The translations under genes and the position numbers were made by a program. From Clostridiales bacterium (lineage in GTDB: Bacteria > Bacillota > Clostridia > Saccharofermentanales > Saccharofermentanaceae): a stretch of 64,000 nucleotides of DNA. Each line of letters begins with the position of its first letter. Positions within the stretch are counted from its first letter, which is position 1. Below the pieces are notes generated by a model. That model worked only from the letters and a program-made list of their open reading frames with translations. It was not told the origin of the DNA and made no database searches. The stretch spans positions 325-64,324 of the forward strand of contig JAFZWA010000064.1 of the NCBI GenBank assembly GCA_017617525.1. The letters are read 5' to 3'. This document shows positions 1-9,136 of the stretch, piece after piece.

Positions 1-465
1 ATGGCAACGCCGCCGATGGTGATCAGGGCATCCGGCTTCGAAAGATCGTTGAAGCAAAGGTATTTCGCGCCCTGAAGGTCCGGAAGCTTAGACAGGAAGT
101 TGTAAGCGGCGATAAAGAAAGGGACCTCGAGAACAAGAGCGATCGAGCTTCGAACGGAATAGATCGGCTTGTAATTATTCTCTCGGTAGAAGGTCTGCAG
201 CATCATGAAACGCTCATCGCCCTTAAAGGCTTTTTTGATGTGCTCGACAAACGGCGCCATTTTTTCCTGACGCTTTCTTTCTTCTTCCTGGATCGCATCT
301 GCGCGGTTATAAAAGGGGAGAAGCAGGAGGTTGACGACCAGGCTCAACGGAATGATCGCGGCTCCTGAACTTCTTAAAAACTGAAATGCAATACTGTACA
401 CCGCTTCGAAAATAAGGGTCAGCGGCGACAGGAAAAGCTGATATAGTATTGATCCCAAAGACATA
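1..465 (-). CDS. YidC/Oxa1-family membrane protein insertase, N-terminal part (runs off the window); apparent 1-nt frameshift near 416-418
   Basis: Reverse-strand ATG at 465 gives MSLGSILYQLFLSPL. After a 1-nt frame change it continues (D)LIFEAVYSIAFQFLRSSGAAIIPLSLVVNLLLLPFYNRADAIQEEERKRQEKMAPFVEHIKKAFKGDERFMMLQTFYRENNYKP..., typical of long clostridial YidC-type insertases. GGAG lies upstream, with an extended -10 TGCTATAAT on the minus strand at 537-529. Confidence 0.7.
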
Positions 466-638
466 TAAAAGACTTTCTCCTCACATGATAAAACGTTCTG
501 CCGACATACGGCAAAACGAACAGACATGATTATAGCATAGTTTGAATGGATATAACAAATAAATAATATAATACGTGCGTGTGCGCCCGCGCGCGAAAAG
601 TAGTAAGATGGTAGCAGGTTTTTCTTTGGAGGTCGTAC

Positions 639-2837
639 ATGTCGAAAAGCACTTCTCGCGTGATTTCTTTTTCTTCCCCGGCAAAGAGATGGGAAGAGGC
701 GCTTCCGATTGGAAACGGAAGACTCGGCGGCATGGTATTCGGGCTTCCTTATACAGAACGGATCCAGCTCAATGAAGACAGTGTCTGGTACGGAGGCCCT
801 CAGGACAGAAACAATCCGTCCGCGCTTGAGAATCTTCCGAAGATAAGAAAACTCATTCTCGAAGGAAAAATAAGCGAAGCTCAGGAACTCTGTACTTTCG
901 CGCTTTCGGGCATTCCGGAGGAATCCCGTCACTACGAGCCTTTGGGAAATCTCTATATCGAATTTGACGGAACGGAGACGGAATACTCCGATTACAGCCG
1001 AGAACTGGATCTTTCGAACGCGACAGTAACGACGAGCTTTACGATCAGTCGCTCGGTTGATGGTGTTGAAGTTCCGGTGAAATACACCCGTGAGGTGATC
1101 GCGAGCTACCCTCAAAACGCGATGCTCATACATCTCACGGCAGATACGCCCGGCGCGCTGAGTTTTCATGCGCAACTGGGAAGAAACCCGGGAAAGCCCT
1201 GGGAAGAGATCCCGTATCAGAAACAGACATTAAGACGACAGGCATATACCGGATTCTGCGACAGCATCACGGCAAGACCGGGAAATGTCCAGCTGATGGA
1301 AGCGACTGCCGGAGGAAACGGAGTGAAGATGGCCTGCGGTGTAAAGGTCATTTCAAAAGGCGGAACCTCCGAAGTCATCGGCAATACGACACGCATATCG
1401 GAAGCGGACGAAGCAGTTTTGATCCTTTGCGCGGATACGACTTTTCGTGAGGAAGATCCTGTCGCTTCAGTTCTGAAACGTCTGGAGGAGGTTGCTTCGA
1501 ATCAGAAGGAACCATCGGCATTGTGGGAGAACCTTTATTCCGAGCATCTTTCGGACTATACGTCTCTTTACGATCGAGTCAAGCTTCAGATCGACGGACA
1601 GGAAGAGGTCGAGAGGTTCTTCCAGTTCGGCCGTTACCTGATGATCGCGGGATCTCGCCCCGGATCCTTGCCACTGAACCTGCAGGGCATCTGGAATCAG
1701 GACTTTGCTCCGATGTGGGGCAGCCGCTTTACGATTAATATCAATACCGAGATGAACTACTGGCCGGCGATGCTGACGAATCTGGCCGAGTGCCAGGAGC
1801 CATTGATCTCGCACCTTTACCGCATCCGCGAAAACGGCAGGGTCACGGCAGAGAAGATGTACGGCTGTAGGGGCTTTGTTGCGCACCATAACACGGATAT
1901 CTGGGGCGATACCGCGCCGCAAGATATCTGCATCAGTTCGACCTACTGGGTCATGGGCGGCGCCTGGCTCGCGCTTCATGTCTGGGAGCAGTACCTTTTC
2001 ACAAAGGACGTTTCCTTCCTGAATGAAAACTATCCGATCATGAAAGAAGCCGCCGAGTTCGTCATGGATTATCTGATCGATGACGGGAAGTTCCTGGTGA
2101 CGTGCCCGACGCTTTCTCCGGAAAACACATATATCCTTTCCAACGGCGAAAAGGGCGTGATCTGTAAGGGCGCTTCGATGGATAATCAGATCATCACGGA
2201 GCTTCTTAACGCCTGTATTTCTGCGGAAAAAGCACTTGCCTCCGCGATTTTCGATGTCGATGCTCCGATCAGCGAACGCGCAGAAGAAGTGCTTTCGCGT
2301 ATTGCTCCGATCACGATCGGAAAGTACGGGCAGATCATGGAATGGAACGAAGACTACGAAGAAGATGAGCCCGGTCACAGGCACATCTCGCAGCTGTTCG
2401 CGCTCTATCCCGGAACAAGAATCAGTAAGGACAAGACACCTGAACTTTTTGCGGCGGCAAAGAAAACGATCGAGAGAAGGCTTTCTTTCGGTGGCGGACA
2501 TTCGGGCTGGAGTCGCGCCTGGATCATCAATATGTACGCGCGTCTCGGCGAAGGGGAGAAGGCCTTTGAGAACCTGATGACGCTTATTCATAAGCAGACG
2601 CTTCCGAATCTTTTTGACGATCATCCGCCGTTTCAGATCGACGGTAACTTCGGCGCGACGGCCGGTATTGCCGAGATGCTGGTGCAAAGCCATGAAGAAG
2701 AGATCCGCTTCCTTCCCGCGCTTCCCGAAGCGTGGAAAAAGCACGGCCGCGTCGAGGGTCTTCGCCTTCGAGGAGGAAAGACTCTGAAGGTGCTCGAATG
2801 GCAGGACGGTAGGATCGTTGATCTTAAGATCGAATAA
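639..2837 (+). CDS. Glycoside hydrolase family 95 (alpha-L-fucosidase-like)
   Basis: 732-aa ORF. The N-terminus WEEALPIGNGRLGGMVFG...NEDSVWYGGP and the length are typical of GH95. GGAGG RBS upstream of the ATG. Confidence 0.85.
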   Translation: MSKSTSRVISFSSPAKRWEEALPIGNGRLGGMVFGLPYTERIQLNEDSVWYGGPQDRNNPSALENLPKIRKLILEGKISEAQELCTFALSGIPEESRHYEPLGNLYIEFDGTETEYSDYSRELDLSNATVTTSFTISRSVDGVEVPVKYTREVIASYPQNAMLIHLTADTPGALSFHAQLGRNPGKPWEEIPYQKQTLRRQAYTGFCDSITARPGNVQLMEATAGGNGVKMACGVKVISKGGTSEVIGNTTRISEADEAVLILCADTTFREEDPVASVLKRLEEVASNQKEPSALWENLYSEHLSDYTSLYDRVKLQIDGQEEVERFFQFGRYLMIAGSRPGSLPLNLQGIWNQDFAPMWGSRFTININTEMNYWPAMLTNLAECQEPLISHLYRIRENGRVTAEKMYGCRGFVAHHNTDIWGDTAPQDICISSTYWVMGGAWLALHVWEQYLFTKDVSFLNENYPIMKEAAEFVMDYLIDDGKFLVTCPTLSPENTYILSNGEKGVICKGASMDNQIITELLNACISAEKALASAIFDVDAPISERAEEVLSRIAPITIGKYGQIMEWNEDYEEDEPGHRHISQLFALYPGTRISKDKTPELFAAAKKTIERRLSFGGGHSGWSRAWIINMYARLGEGEKAFENLMTLIHKQTLPNLFDDHPPFQIDGNFGATAGIAEMLVQSHEEEIRFLPALPEAWKKHGRVEGLRLRGGKTLKVLEWQDGRIVDLKIE

Positions 2838-2838
2838 A

Positions 2839-2849
2839 GGTGCTTTTCG
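2839..2849 (+). repeat. Dispersed word RGTGCTTTTCG, intergenic copy
   Basis: GGTGCTTTTCG begins 2 nt after the GH95 TAA stop (2835-2837). Confidence 0.9.
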
Positions 2850-2957
2850 CGAAGAGGAAAAACTTGAAAACGTCCCCTCAAGTGCGCTAAACCGCTGGAA
2901 TTCCGCCCTCATCTTTGCTACTATAAAACTGTTGTTAAGTAGAGGGGGGTAAATCAT

Positions 2958-4511
2958 ATGTCAACAACAAATATTGTTATTATGATCGCCATCGGTCTCT
3001 ATCTCATTATGATGATCGTTATCGGCGCTCTTTTCAGCAAGAAAAACAAGAACACGGACGACTTCTACCTCGGCGGCAGAAAGCTCGGCCCGATCGTTAC
3101 CGCGATGAGCGCGGAGGCTTCCGACATGAGCTCCTGGCTCCTGATGGGTCTTCCGGCTGTTGCTCTTATGACAGGTATTCCGGAAGCCTTCTGGACGGCT
3201 CTCGGTCTTGCCGTCGGAACCTATCTCAACTGGCTCTTTGTCGCCAAGAGGCTCCGCGTCTATACGAGTAAGGTCGAGGCAGTCACGCTTCCTGACTTTT
3301 TCAGCAAGCGTTTCGGCGATGACAAGCACATCATCACACTGATCGCGGCTCTGTTCATCGTTGTGTTCTTCATCCCATACACCGCTTCCGGTTTTGCCGC
3401 TTGCGGTAAGCTTTTCTCCTCACTGTTTGACGTGTCCTATGAATCGGCCATGATCATCAGTGCGTGCGTAATCGTTATTTACTGCACACTCGGCGGATTC
3501 CTCGCCGCGTCCACCACGGACTTTATCCAGTCCATCATCATGACGGTCGCACTCCTGGTCGTTCTCGGTGTAGGTGAGGCGATTACCAACGGTTTCGGAA
3601 ATGTATTCTCCAATGTTAAGAACCTCGACGGTTACATGGACGTCTTCAAGGGCTTTAACGTAGCCGATGGAACGACCGGCAGCTACGGGGCGCTTCCTGT
3701 AGCTTCGACGCTCGCGTGGGGGCTCGGTTACTTCGGTATGCCGCACATTCTCCTTCGCTTCATGGCGATCGAAGATAAGAAGAAGCTCAAGCTCTCCCGT
3801 CGTGTCGCATCCGTATGGGTCGTCATTTCCATGGCGATCGCCGTACTTATCGGTATCGTAGGTTATTCTCTCATGCAGAACGGTATCGCTCCTTCCTATG
3901 AGAACGCATCCGCTGCAGAGACCATCATCGTTGATGTTGCGAAGTGGATCGCATCTCACGGTTACATCCCGGCATTCGTCGGTGGTGTCATCCTCGCGGG
4001 TATCCTCGCTTCCACAATGTCCACCGCTGACTCCCAGCTCCTCGCCGCGGCTTCTTCCATCTCCCAGAACCTCGTTCAGGAGACATTCGGAAAGAAACTG
4101 TCCGAGAAAGCAGGCATGTGGCTCGCTCGTATCTGCGTTATCGTGATCTCCGTGATCGCGGTATTCCTCGCTCTTGATCCGAGCAGCTCCGTATTCCGTA
4201 TCGTATCCTTCGCATGGGCAGGCTTCGGCGCTGTATTCGGACCGCTGGTTCTTTTCGGTCTGTTCTGGAAGAGAACGAACAAGTGGGGCGCGATCGCCGG
4301 CATGATCTCCGGCGGAACCACGATCTTCGTATGGAAGTTCGTCATCCGTGACGTATTCGCCGACACGATCCTGAACATCTACGAACTCCTGCCGGCATTC
4401 ATCATCGCCAGCATCTTCATCGTAGTCTTCAGCCTGATCACCAAGGCTCCGGAAGAAAAGATCGTCGAGACCTTCGACGCGGTCAAAGCGGAGTGCAAAG
4501 AGAACGCCTGA
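2958..4511 (+). CDS. putP: Sodium:proline symporter (SSS family)
   Basis: 517-aa polytopic ORF with FYLGGRKLGPIVTAMSAEASDMSSWLLMGLP, the SSS/PutP signature region. A terminator hairpin follows. Confidence 0.85.
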   Translation: MSTTNIVIMIAIGLYLIMMIVIGALFSKKNKNTDDFYLGGRKLGPIVTAMSAEASDMSSWLLMGLPAVALMTGIPEAFWTALGLAVGTYLNWLFVAKRLRVYTSKVEAVTLPDFFSKRFGDDKHIITLIAALFIVVFFIPYTASGFAACGKLFSSLFDVSYESAMIISACVIVIYCTLGGFLAASTTDFIQSIIMTVALLVVLGVGEAITNGFGNVFSNVKNLDGYMDVFKGFNVADGTTGSYGALPVASTLAWGLGYFGMPHILLRFMAIEDKKKLKLSRRVASVWVVISMAIAVLIGIVGYSLMQNGIAPSYENASAAETIIVDVAKWIASHGYIPAFVGGVILAGILASTMSTADSQLLAAASSISQNLVQETFGKKLSEKAGMWLARICVIVISVIAVFLALDPSSSVFRIVSFAWAGFGAVFGPLVLFGLFWKRTNKWGAIAGMISGGTTIFVWKFVIRDVFADTILNIYELLPAFIIASIFIVVFSLITKAPEEKIVETFDAVKAECKENA

Positions 4512-4536
4512 TCGTTTCTTTGAAGAAAGCAAATAG

Positions 4537-4569
4537 AAAGGACTGTCCGTTTGGGCAGTCCTTTTTTTC
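4537..4569. terminator. Bidirectional rho-independent terminator between putP and the radical SAM gene
   Basis: GGACTGTCC / GGGCAGTCC stem (4540-4548 / 4553-4561), flanked by an A-run on the left and a T-run (4562-4568) on the right. Confidence 0.85.
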
Positions 4570-4573
4570 TTCT

Positions 4574-4584
4574 CGAAAAGCACT
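4574..4584 (-). repeat. Dispersed word RGTGCTTTTCG, intergenic copy
   Basis: Minus-strand AGTGCTTTTCG begins immediately after the radical SAM gene TAA stop (4587-4585). Confidence 0.9.
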
Positions 4585-6198
4585 TTACTTGATCAATCGG
4601 AAGTTTCCCGTGATCGGATCTCTCATCGACGTGTCGATGCGGCCCTTTTCCGGCGGCACTTTGACAAAATCCGGACGGCTCTTGGGTTCTTCACGAAGAT
4701 AGTAGTCGAGCGTCAGAAGCTCACGGATCTCCTCTTCGTAAAGCGCGGTCCTTTCTTCGACGAACTGAAGAAGGATCTCGTAACGGCGGAACCTTGCCGG
4801 CGTGATCGTGAAGTAGTTTTTCTGTTTATAGAAATCCGCCAGCGCGGCATACAGATCAAATGGTGTCTCGAAGGCTTTTTCGATCGCGGGCAGCGTTTGG
4901 TCGAACTGATGACTGTTATAGAAAAGCTCTACCATTTCTTCAATGTGCTTCAGGTTGCAGAGTTCGTCGAATCTCAGCCATCTTGTGGAAAGCACCTCAT
5001 ACGGGGCATCGTCGGATCGGACGATCGAGAACTTCTCGCAGTCCTCTTCGATCGGGGAGCCTTTTAAGACTTTCAGGAACCCCAGTTGCAGTTGTGTCGG
5101 CGCAAGCGCGTAGACATCGTTAAAGGAATTTCGAAAGCTTCTGTAGCCTTCGTAGGGAAGACCCGCGATCAGGTCGAGATGGATATGGATCGTTCCTGTT
5201 TTCGATAGTTCCTGAACGACCTTTTCGATCTTGTGGATCTTCGCCGGACGGTTGACGGCAAGGAGCGTATCCTGATTCGTCGTCTGAACGCCGATCTCGA
5301 GTTTGATCTGGCCTGGACGCATCTTTCGCAAGATCTCGATCTCTTCTTTATCCATCAGCTCGGCGGCGATCTCGAAATGGAAATTCGTCTTTCCGTTATC
5401 GTGCTCGAGGATATAGTTCCAGATGGCTTTCGTTCTTTCTTTGTCGCTGTTAAAGGTCCTGTCGATGAACTTGACCTGCGGGATCTCTTCGTCTAAGAAG
5501 AACTGGATCTCACGGAATACAAACGGCAGACTTCTGTAACGGACGGTCTTATCGACAGAGGAGAGGCAGTAGCTGCAGCGGAAAGGACATCCTCGGGAAG
5601 ACTCGTAGTACACGATGCGGTTATCGAACTCGCGCATGCCCTCCTCGTAGATGAAGGGGAGCGAATCCATGTCCATCAGTTCCTGTTTGATGACGCTCGG
5701 ACGCTCACGCAGAGCAACATTCGGGATATTACTGAAGTCCGGTTTTCCGAGGACGGGCTTACTGATATTGATCGTGTCGTCGCCATCTTCGGAAACGAAA
5801 CTCATCGAACGGCAGTACTCGCCGACGACTCTGGTAAAAGCGGCCTCGCCCTCGCCGACGAAGATTCCGCGGACGCAGGGGAACTCTTCGAAGATCTTTT
5901 CGTAGTGATAGGAAACTTCAGGTCCCCCGAGCCAGATATCCGTATCCGGAAGGACTTTCGGAAGATCGGAAAGAAGCTTTCTTACGGCGTCGATATTCCA
6001 GATATATGTAGAGATCCCGATCGCGTCGGGTCTTTGGTCACAGATGTCGGAAAGTGTATTGTGGATCGGGTTATTGATCGTCGTTTCATAAAGCGACGTC
6101 GCTCCGAAATAAACGCGGTCGGCCACGGCACGAAGGGAGTGCACGGCGGGATTGGAATGTATGTATTTTGCATTGATCGCGACAAGAAGGAAATTCAT
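4585..6198 (-). CDS. B12-binding-domain radical SAM protein (DUF4080-type)
   Basis: N-terminus MNFLLVAINAKYIHSNPAVHSL (B12-binding-like) and radical SAM cluster CPFRCSYC. Start placed at ATG 6198 behind AGAGGAG; the ORF track extends to 6225. Confidence 0.8.
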   Translation of the reverse strand: MNFLLVAINAKYIHSNPAVHSLRAVADRVYFGATSLYETTINNPIHNTLSDICDQRPDAIGISTYIWNIDAVRKLLSDLPKVLPDTDIWLGGPEVSYHYEKIFEEFPCVRGIFVGEGEAAFTRVVGEYCRSMSFVSEDGDDTINISKPVLGKPDFSNIPNVALRERPSVIKQELMDMDSLPFIYEEGMREFDNRIVYYESSRGCPFRCSYCLSSVDKTVRYRSLPFVFREIQFFLDEEIPQVKFIDRTFNSDKERTKAIWNYILEHDNGKTNFHFEIAAELMDKEEIEILRKMRPGQIKLEIGVQTTNQDTLLAVNRPAKIHKIEKVVQELSKTGTIHIHLDLIAGLPYEGYRSFRNSFNDVYALAPTQLQLGFLKVLKGSPIEEDCEKFSIVRSDDAPYEVLSTRWLRFDELCNLKHIEEMVELFYNSHQFDQTLPAIEKAFETPFDLYAALADFYKQKNYFTITPARFRRYEILLQFVEERTALYEEEIRELLTLDYYLREEPKSRPDFVKVPPEKGRIDTSMRDPITGNFRLIK

Positions 6199-6278
6199 AA
6201 ACTCACTCCTCTCTGACATATGCATGATATTAGTTTTTATACTTCCATAGTACCAAGGATGACCGTTTTTTTCAAAGG

Positions 6279-6349
6279 AAAAACCCTATCACGAGGATCT
6301 TGAAGTGTAGGGGGTAGCTTTAAGATCCATATCACGTGATAGGGTTTTT
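6279..6349 (-). terminator. Long compound hairpin/terminator downstream of the SDR gene
   Basis: 15-nt arms AAAAACCCTATCACG (6279-6293) / CGTGATAGGGTTTTT (6335-6349) enclose an inner GGATCTTGAAG / CTTTAAGATCC stem. T-run on the minus strand. Confidence 0.7.
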
Positions 6350-6386
6350 TAGGGATATATTATCAGGACGAGATGGTTAAGTGAAA

Positions 6387-7160
6387 TCACATTGCTGTGT
6401 AACCGCCGTCAACCGGAAGGTTTACGCCGGTAACATAAGCAGACTCTTTGGAAGCAAGGAACAGAGCAGCTGTGTCGAGCTCGCCTTCTTCACCATAGCG
6501 CTCTTCCGGGATCATTGTCTTTGCGTTCTGCTGGAAGAAATCGCTGTTTAATGTGTCACGGGTAAGGTCTGTGTAGAAGTAACCCGGGCAGATAGAGTTA
6601 ACTGTGATACCATATTTGCCCCATTCGGAAGCCAGCGCACGTGTCATGTTAACAACACCGCCCTTAGCAGCGTGGTACGGAGCAGAACCGCAGATCTTGT
6701 TACCAACAAGACCGTACATGGAAGCGATGTTAATGATACGACCGTACTTAGCGTCGATCATGTGCTTCTTAGCTACGGCACGAGCCACGCGGAAAGAACC
6801 GAAGAGGTCGATGCTCATTTCGTTATCAAACTGTTCGTCTGTGATGTCTTCTGCCGGAGCAACAGCGCCTGTACCTGCGTTGTTGATGAGGATGTCTACG
6901 CGGCCGAACTTTTCGAGAACGGAATCAACCATGGAGTTAACAGCATCTGTATCTGTGATATCGCAGCGTACTGCCATTGTCTCAACACCGTAATCCTTGT
7001 TAAGCTGCTCAGCAACAGCATCGATCATTTCCTGACGACGAGCTACTGCGACGATCTTACATCCCTGGTTAGCCAGTGCCTTTGCCATCTGAACACCCAG
7101 TCCGGTGGAGCACCCGGTAACGATTGCGACTTGTCCTTTGAGATCAAAATAATTCTTCAT
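6387..7160 (-). CDS. SDR-family oxidoreductase (gluconate 5-dehydrogenase/KduD-like)
   Basis: TGCSTGLG dinucleotide motif, NNAG, and catalytic YHAAK (YxxxK). Start at ATG 7160 behind AAGGAG; the ORF track extends to 7205. Confidence 0.85.
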   Translation of the reverse strand: MKNYFDLKGQVAIVTGCSTGLGVQMAKALANQGCKIVAVARRQEMIDAVAEQLNKDYGVETMAVRCDITDTDAVNSMVDSVLEKFGRVDILINNAGTGAVAPAEDITDEQFDNEMSIDLFGSFRVARAVAKKHMIDAKYGRIINIASMYGLVGNKICGSAPYHAAKGGVVNMTRALASEWGKYGITVNSICPGYFYTDLTRDTLNSDFFQQNAKTMIPEERYGEEGELDTAALFLASKESAYVTGVNLPVDGGYTAM

Positions 7161-7307
7161 AAGTTCTTTCTCCTTTTTGTGTTTTTCCGAAAGAGAGTAT
7201 ACCATTTAACCTTGGGAAAAGGACTTGTCGAGTCATTCGTTATTTATACAAGAATAAAATGTGTTATCCTATAAACGCTCGGCAAGAACACAAGGTTTTT
7301 GATCATT

Positions 7308-7345
7308 TGATTTTCATTTGAAAAAGTGATTTTCATTTGAAAATT
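7308..7345. promoter_or_regulatory. Tandem 19-bp direct repeat, each unit containing the palindrome TTTTCA-TT-TGAAAA (candidate operator pair)
   Basis: TGATTTTCATTTGAAAA occurs at 7308-7324 and again at 7327-7343, in the divergent SDR / NUDIX intergenic region. Confidence 0.6.
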
Positions 7346-7390
7346 GCATAAAAACCCGAAAACCCCGACGGGAGAAGGAATACAAGGAAA

Positions 7391-7912
7391 ATGAACCGCT
7401 ACGAGACTACTCTCTGCTATATTTACGGACCTCAAGGGATCTTGATGATGCACCGTACGAAAAAAGAGAATGACATCAATAAAGATAAGTACATCGGTGT
7501 CGGCGGACATCTCGAGCACGGAGAATCGCCGGAAGAATGCGTCCTTCGTGAAGTAAAAGAGGAGACAGGTCTGACCATGACGTCTTTCCGCCTTCGCGGT
7601 ATCATCACGTTTGTCATCGACGAGATCGACGAGATCACGTTCCTTTATACCTGCGACGGATACGAAGGAAATGTCCCGGGGACAGGTGCTTTTGCCGAAG
7701 AAAAAGGCGAAGACCTTTCCGACTGCAGCGAAGGAGAGCTTGTCTGGATCGCTGAGGACAAGGTCGAAGAACTCCCGATCTGGCCCGGAGATAAGATATT
7801 CTTCCGACTCTTAAAGGAAAGAGAAGAAGTATTCTCTCTAAAACTTACTTATATAAAAGATGAGCTCGTCGATGCGGCGGTAGATGGAAAGAAGATCGAT
7901 TTTGTAGTATAA
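7391..7912 (+). CDS. NUDIX hydrolase (MutT-like)
   Basis: Nudix box GGHLEHGESPEECVLREVKEETGL. Confidence 0.85.
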   Translation: MNRYETTLCYIYGPQGILMMHRTKKENDINKDKYIGVGGHLEHGESPEECVLREVKEETGLTMTSFRLRGIITFVIDEIDEITFLYTCDGYEGNVPGTGAFAEEKGEDLSDCSEGELVWIAEDKVEELPIWPGDKIFFRLLKEREEVFSLKLTYIKDELVDAAVDGKKIDFVV

Positions 7913-7972
7913 ATAGGAAAGCGGCGCGAGCCGTTCTTATAATGGTAAATTGGTAAAAGGAAGATAGAAAAA

Positions 7973-9136
7973 GTGGCAGACGAAGAAAAGAAGATCTTAG
8001 ATCAGGAAAATATCGAGGAGACCGTTGCTGAAAAAGTAGAAGCAGCGGCAGAAGAAGTCGTAAAAGAAGAGGCTCCCGTCGAAAAGAAGGTCGAGCCCAA
8101 AAAGACCCAGGCATCTTCCAAATCCACGAGCGGAAAAAAGAAGAAGAAAAAGAAGAAGAGTGCTTACAGACGCATGATCGAGCACCATCTTAAGGTCGCC
8201 GGTATCATCATCGGTTCGATCGCGCTTATTGCCATCTTGTTCTTCACCCTGATCGCGAGCTATGACTTTTCCAAGAAGGCCTGGCACGTCAAGTTCGACC
8301 CGATCCACGGCTATTCTTATACACTTTACTTAAAGCAGGAATATTCTCCGGCGCACATCGTGATCGAGTCCTGCTCGAAAAGCTCCGAGGAAGTCACCAT
8401 TCCGGATACGATCTTCGGCGCGAGAGTCGAGACGATCGATGACGATGCTTTTAAATCTTCGGTAAAGACGGTTAAACTCGGTCAGTACGTTACTATGGTC
8501 GGTGAGGGAATGTCCGATAAGACATTTATCCTTCCCGAAAATTACGGTCAGGCCGCGCTCAAGAGCTATGTCACATTTAAAGATAAGAACGCTTCCGGCT
8601 TTTACTACAAGGCCATGTTCGACAATACGATGATGGCGTTTGCCTATTTCGGATCTGAAGCGGATTACAAGGTCCCGGAGTCTTTCGGCGGCATGAAGGT
8701 CAGCAAGACGACCGAATACTACGAAAACGACGAGTACACCACCCGTTTAGCGGAATATGAGGCAGAGCATTACTCCGTTCTTCCTTATAACATGATCAAA
8801 GTAAACCTCATCCGCAACGAAGCGATCGATCCGTATGTGTATTTCCTTGAGGATCTCGAGAGCCGTGAGAAGATGAAGGAGAGGATCATGTCCCTTCCGG
8901 CGCAGTATAACTACAACGCGGACGGAACACCGGCAGACGGTGAGACCGCGATCAAGCTCGCTTTCATCCATAAGGGCGACGGAAACGGCAAGAACTGCGG
9001 CGGCGTCATGGCTGACTATGATCCGTCTGATTTCTTTGCCGCGATCAGATACATGTCAAAAAGAACATCCGACTGCCATACAGATGGCGAGCCGGATCTT
9101 GAAGTCTGGATGATGGCCGGATTTATCGAATCCTGA
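7973..9136 (+). CDS. Hypothetical single-pass membrane protein with acidic/Lys-rich N-terminus and a BspA-type LRR-like segment
   Basis: GTG start behind AAGGAAG. K8 tract, TM helix VAGIIIGSIALIAILFFTLIA, and VTIPDTIFGARVETIDDDAF resembling BspA-type leucine-rich repeats. Confidence 0.55.
   Translation: MADEEKKILDQENIEETVAEKVEAAAEEVVKEEAPVEKKVEPKKTQASSKSTSGKKKKKKKKSAYRRMIEHHLKVAGIIIGSIALIAILFFTLIASYDFSKKAWHVKFDPIHGYSYTLYLKQEYSPAHIVIESCSKSSEEVTIPDTIFGARVETIDDDAFKSSVKTVKLGQYVTMVGEGMSDKTFILPENYGQAALKSYVTFKDKNASGFYYKAMFDNTMMAFAYFGSEADYKVPESFGGMKVSKTTEYYENDEYTTRLAEYEAEHYSVLPYNMIKVNLIRNEAIDPYVYFLEDLESREKMKERIMSLPAQYNYNADGTPADGETAIKLAFIHKGDGNGKNCGGVMADYDPSDFFAAIRYMSKRTSDCHTDGEPDLEVWMMAGFIES

Noticed and set aside
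527-529. ATG at 527 (minus strand) as an in-frame start that would rescue the yidC-like ORF without a frameshift.
   Set aside because: It lies inside the extended -10 TGCTATAAT. It has no RBS and would add a 36-aa Cys/Arg-rich non-YidC extension. ATG 465 gives the family-typical N-terminus.
1467-2957. 496-aa minus-strand ORF antisense to the GH95 gene. Similar long antisense ORFs lie at 3420-4583, 13247-14422, 14130-16433, 17574-18785, 11587-12588, 34204-35562 and 47402-48541.
   Set aside because: They fully overlap genes with clear family signatures on the other strand. Their translations are low-complexity (Arg/Ser/His-rich) with no recognisable motifs or RBS. They are shadow ORFs typical of this codon usage.
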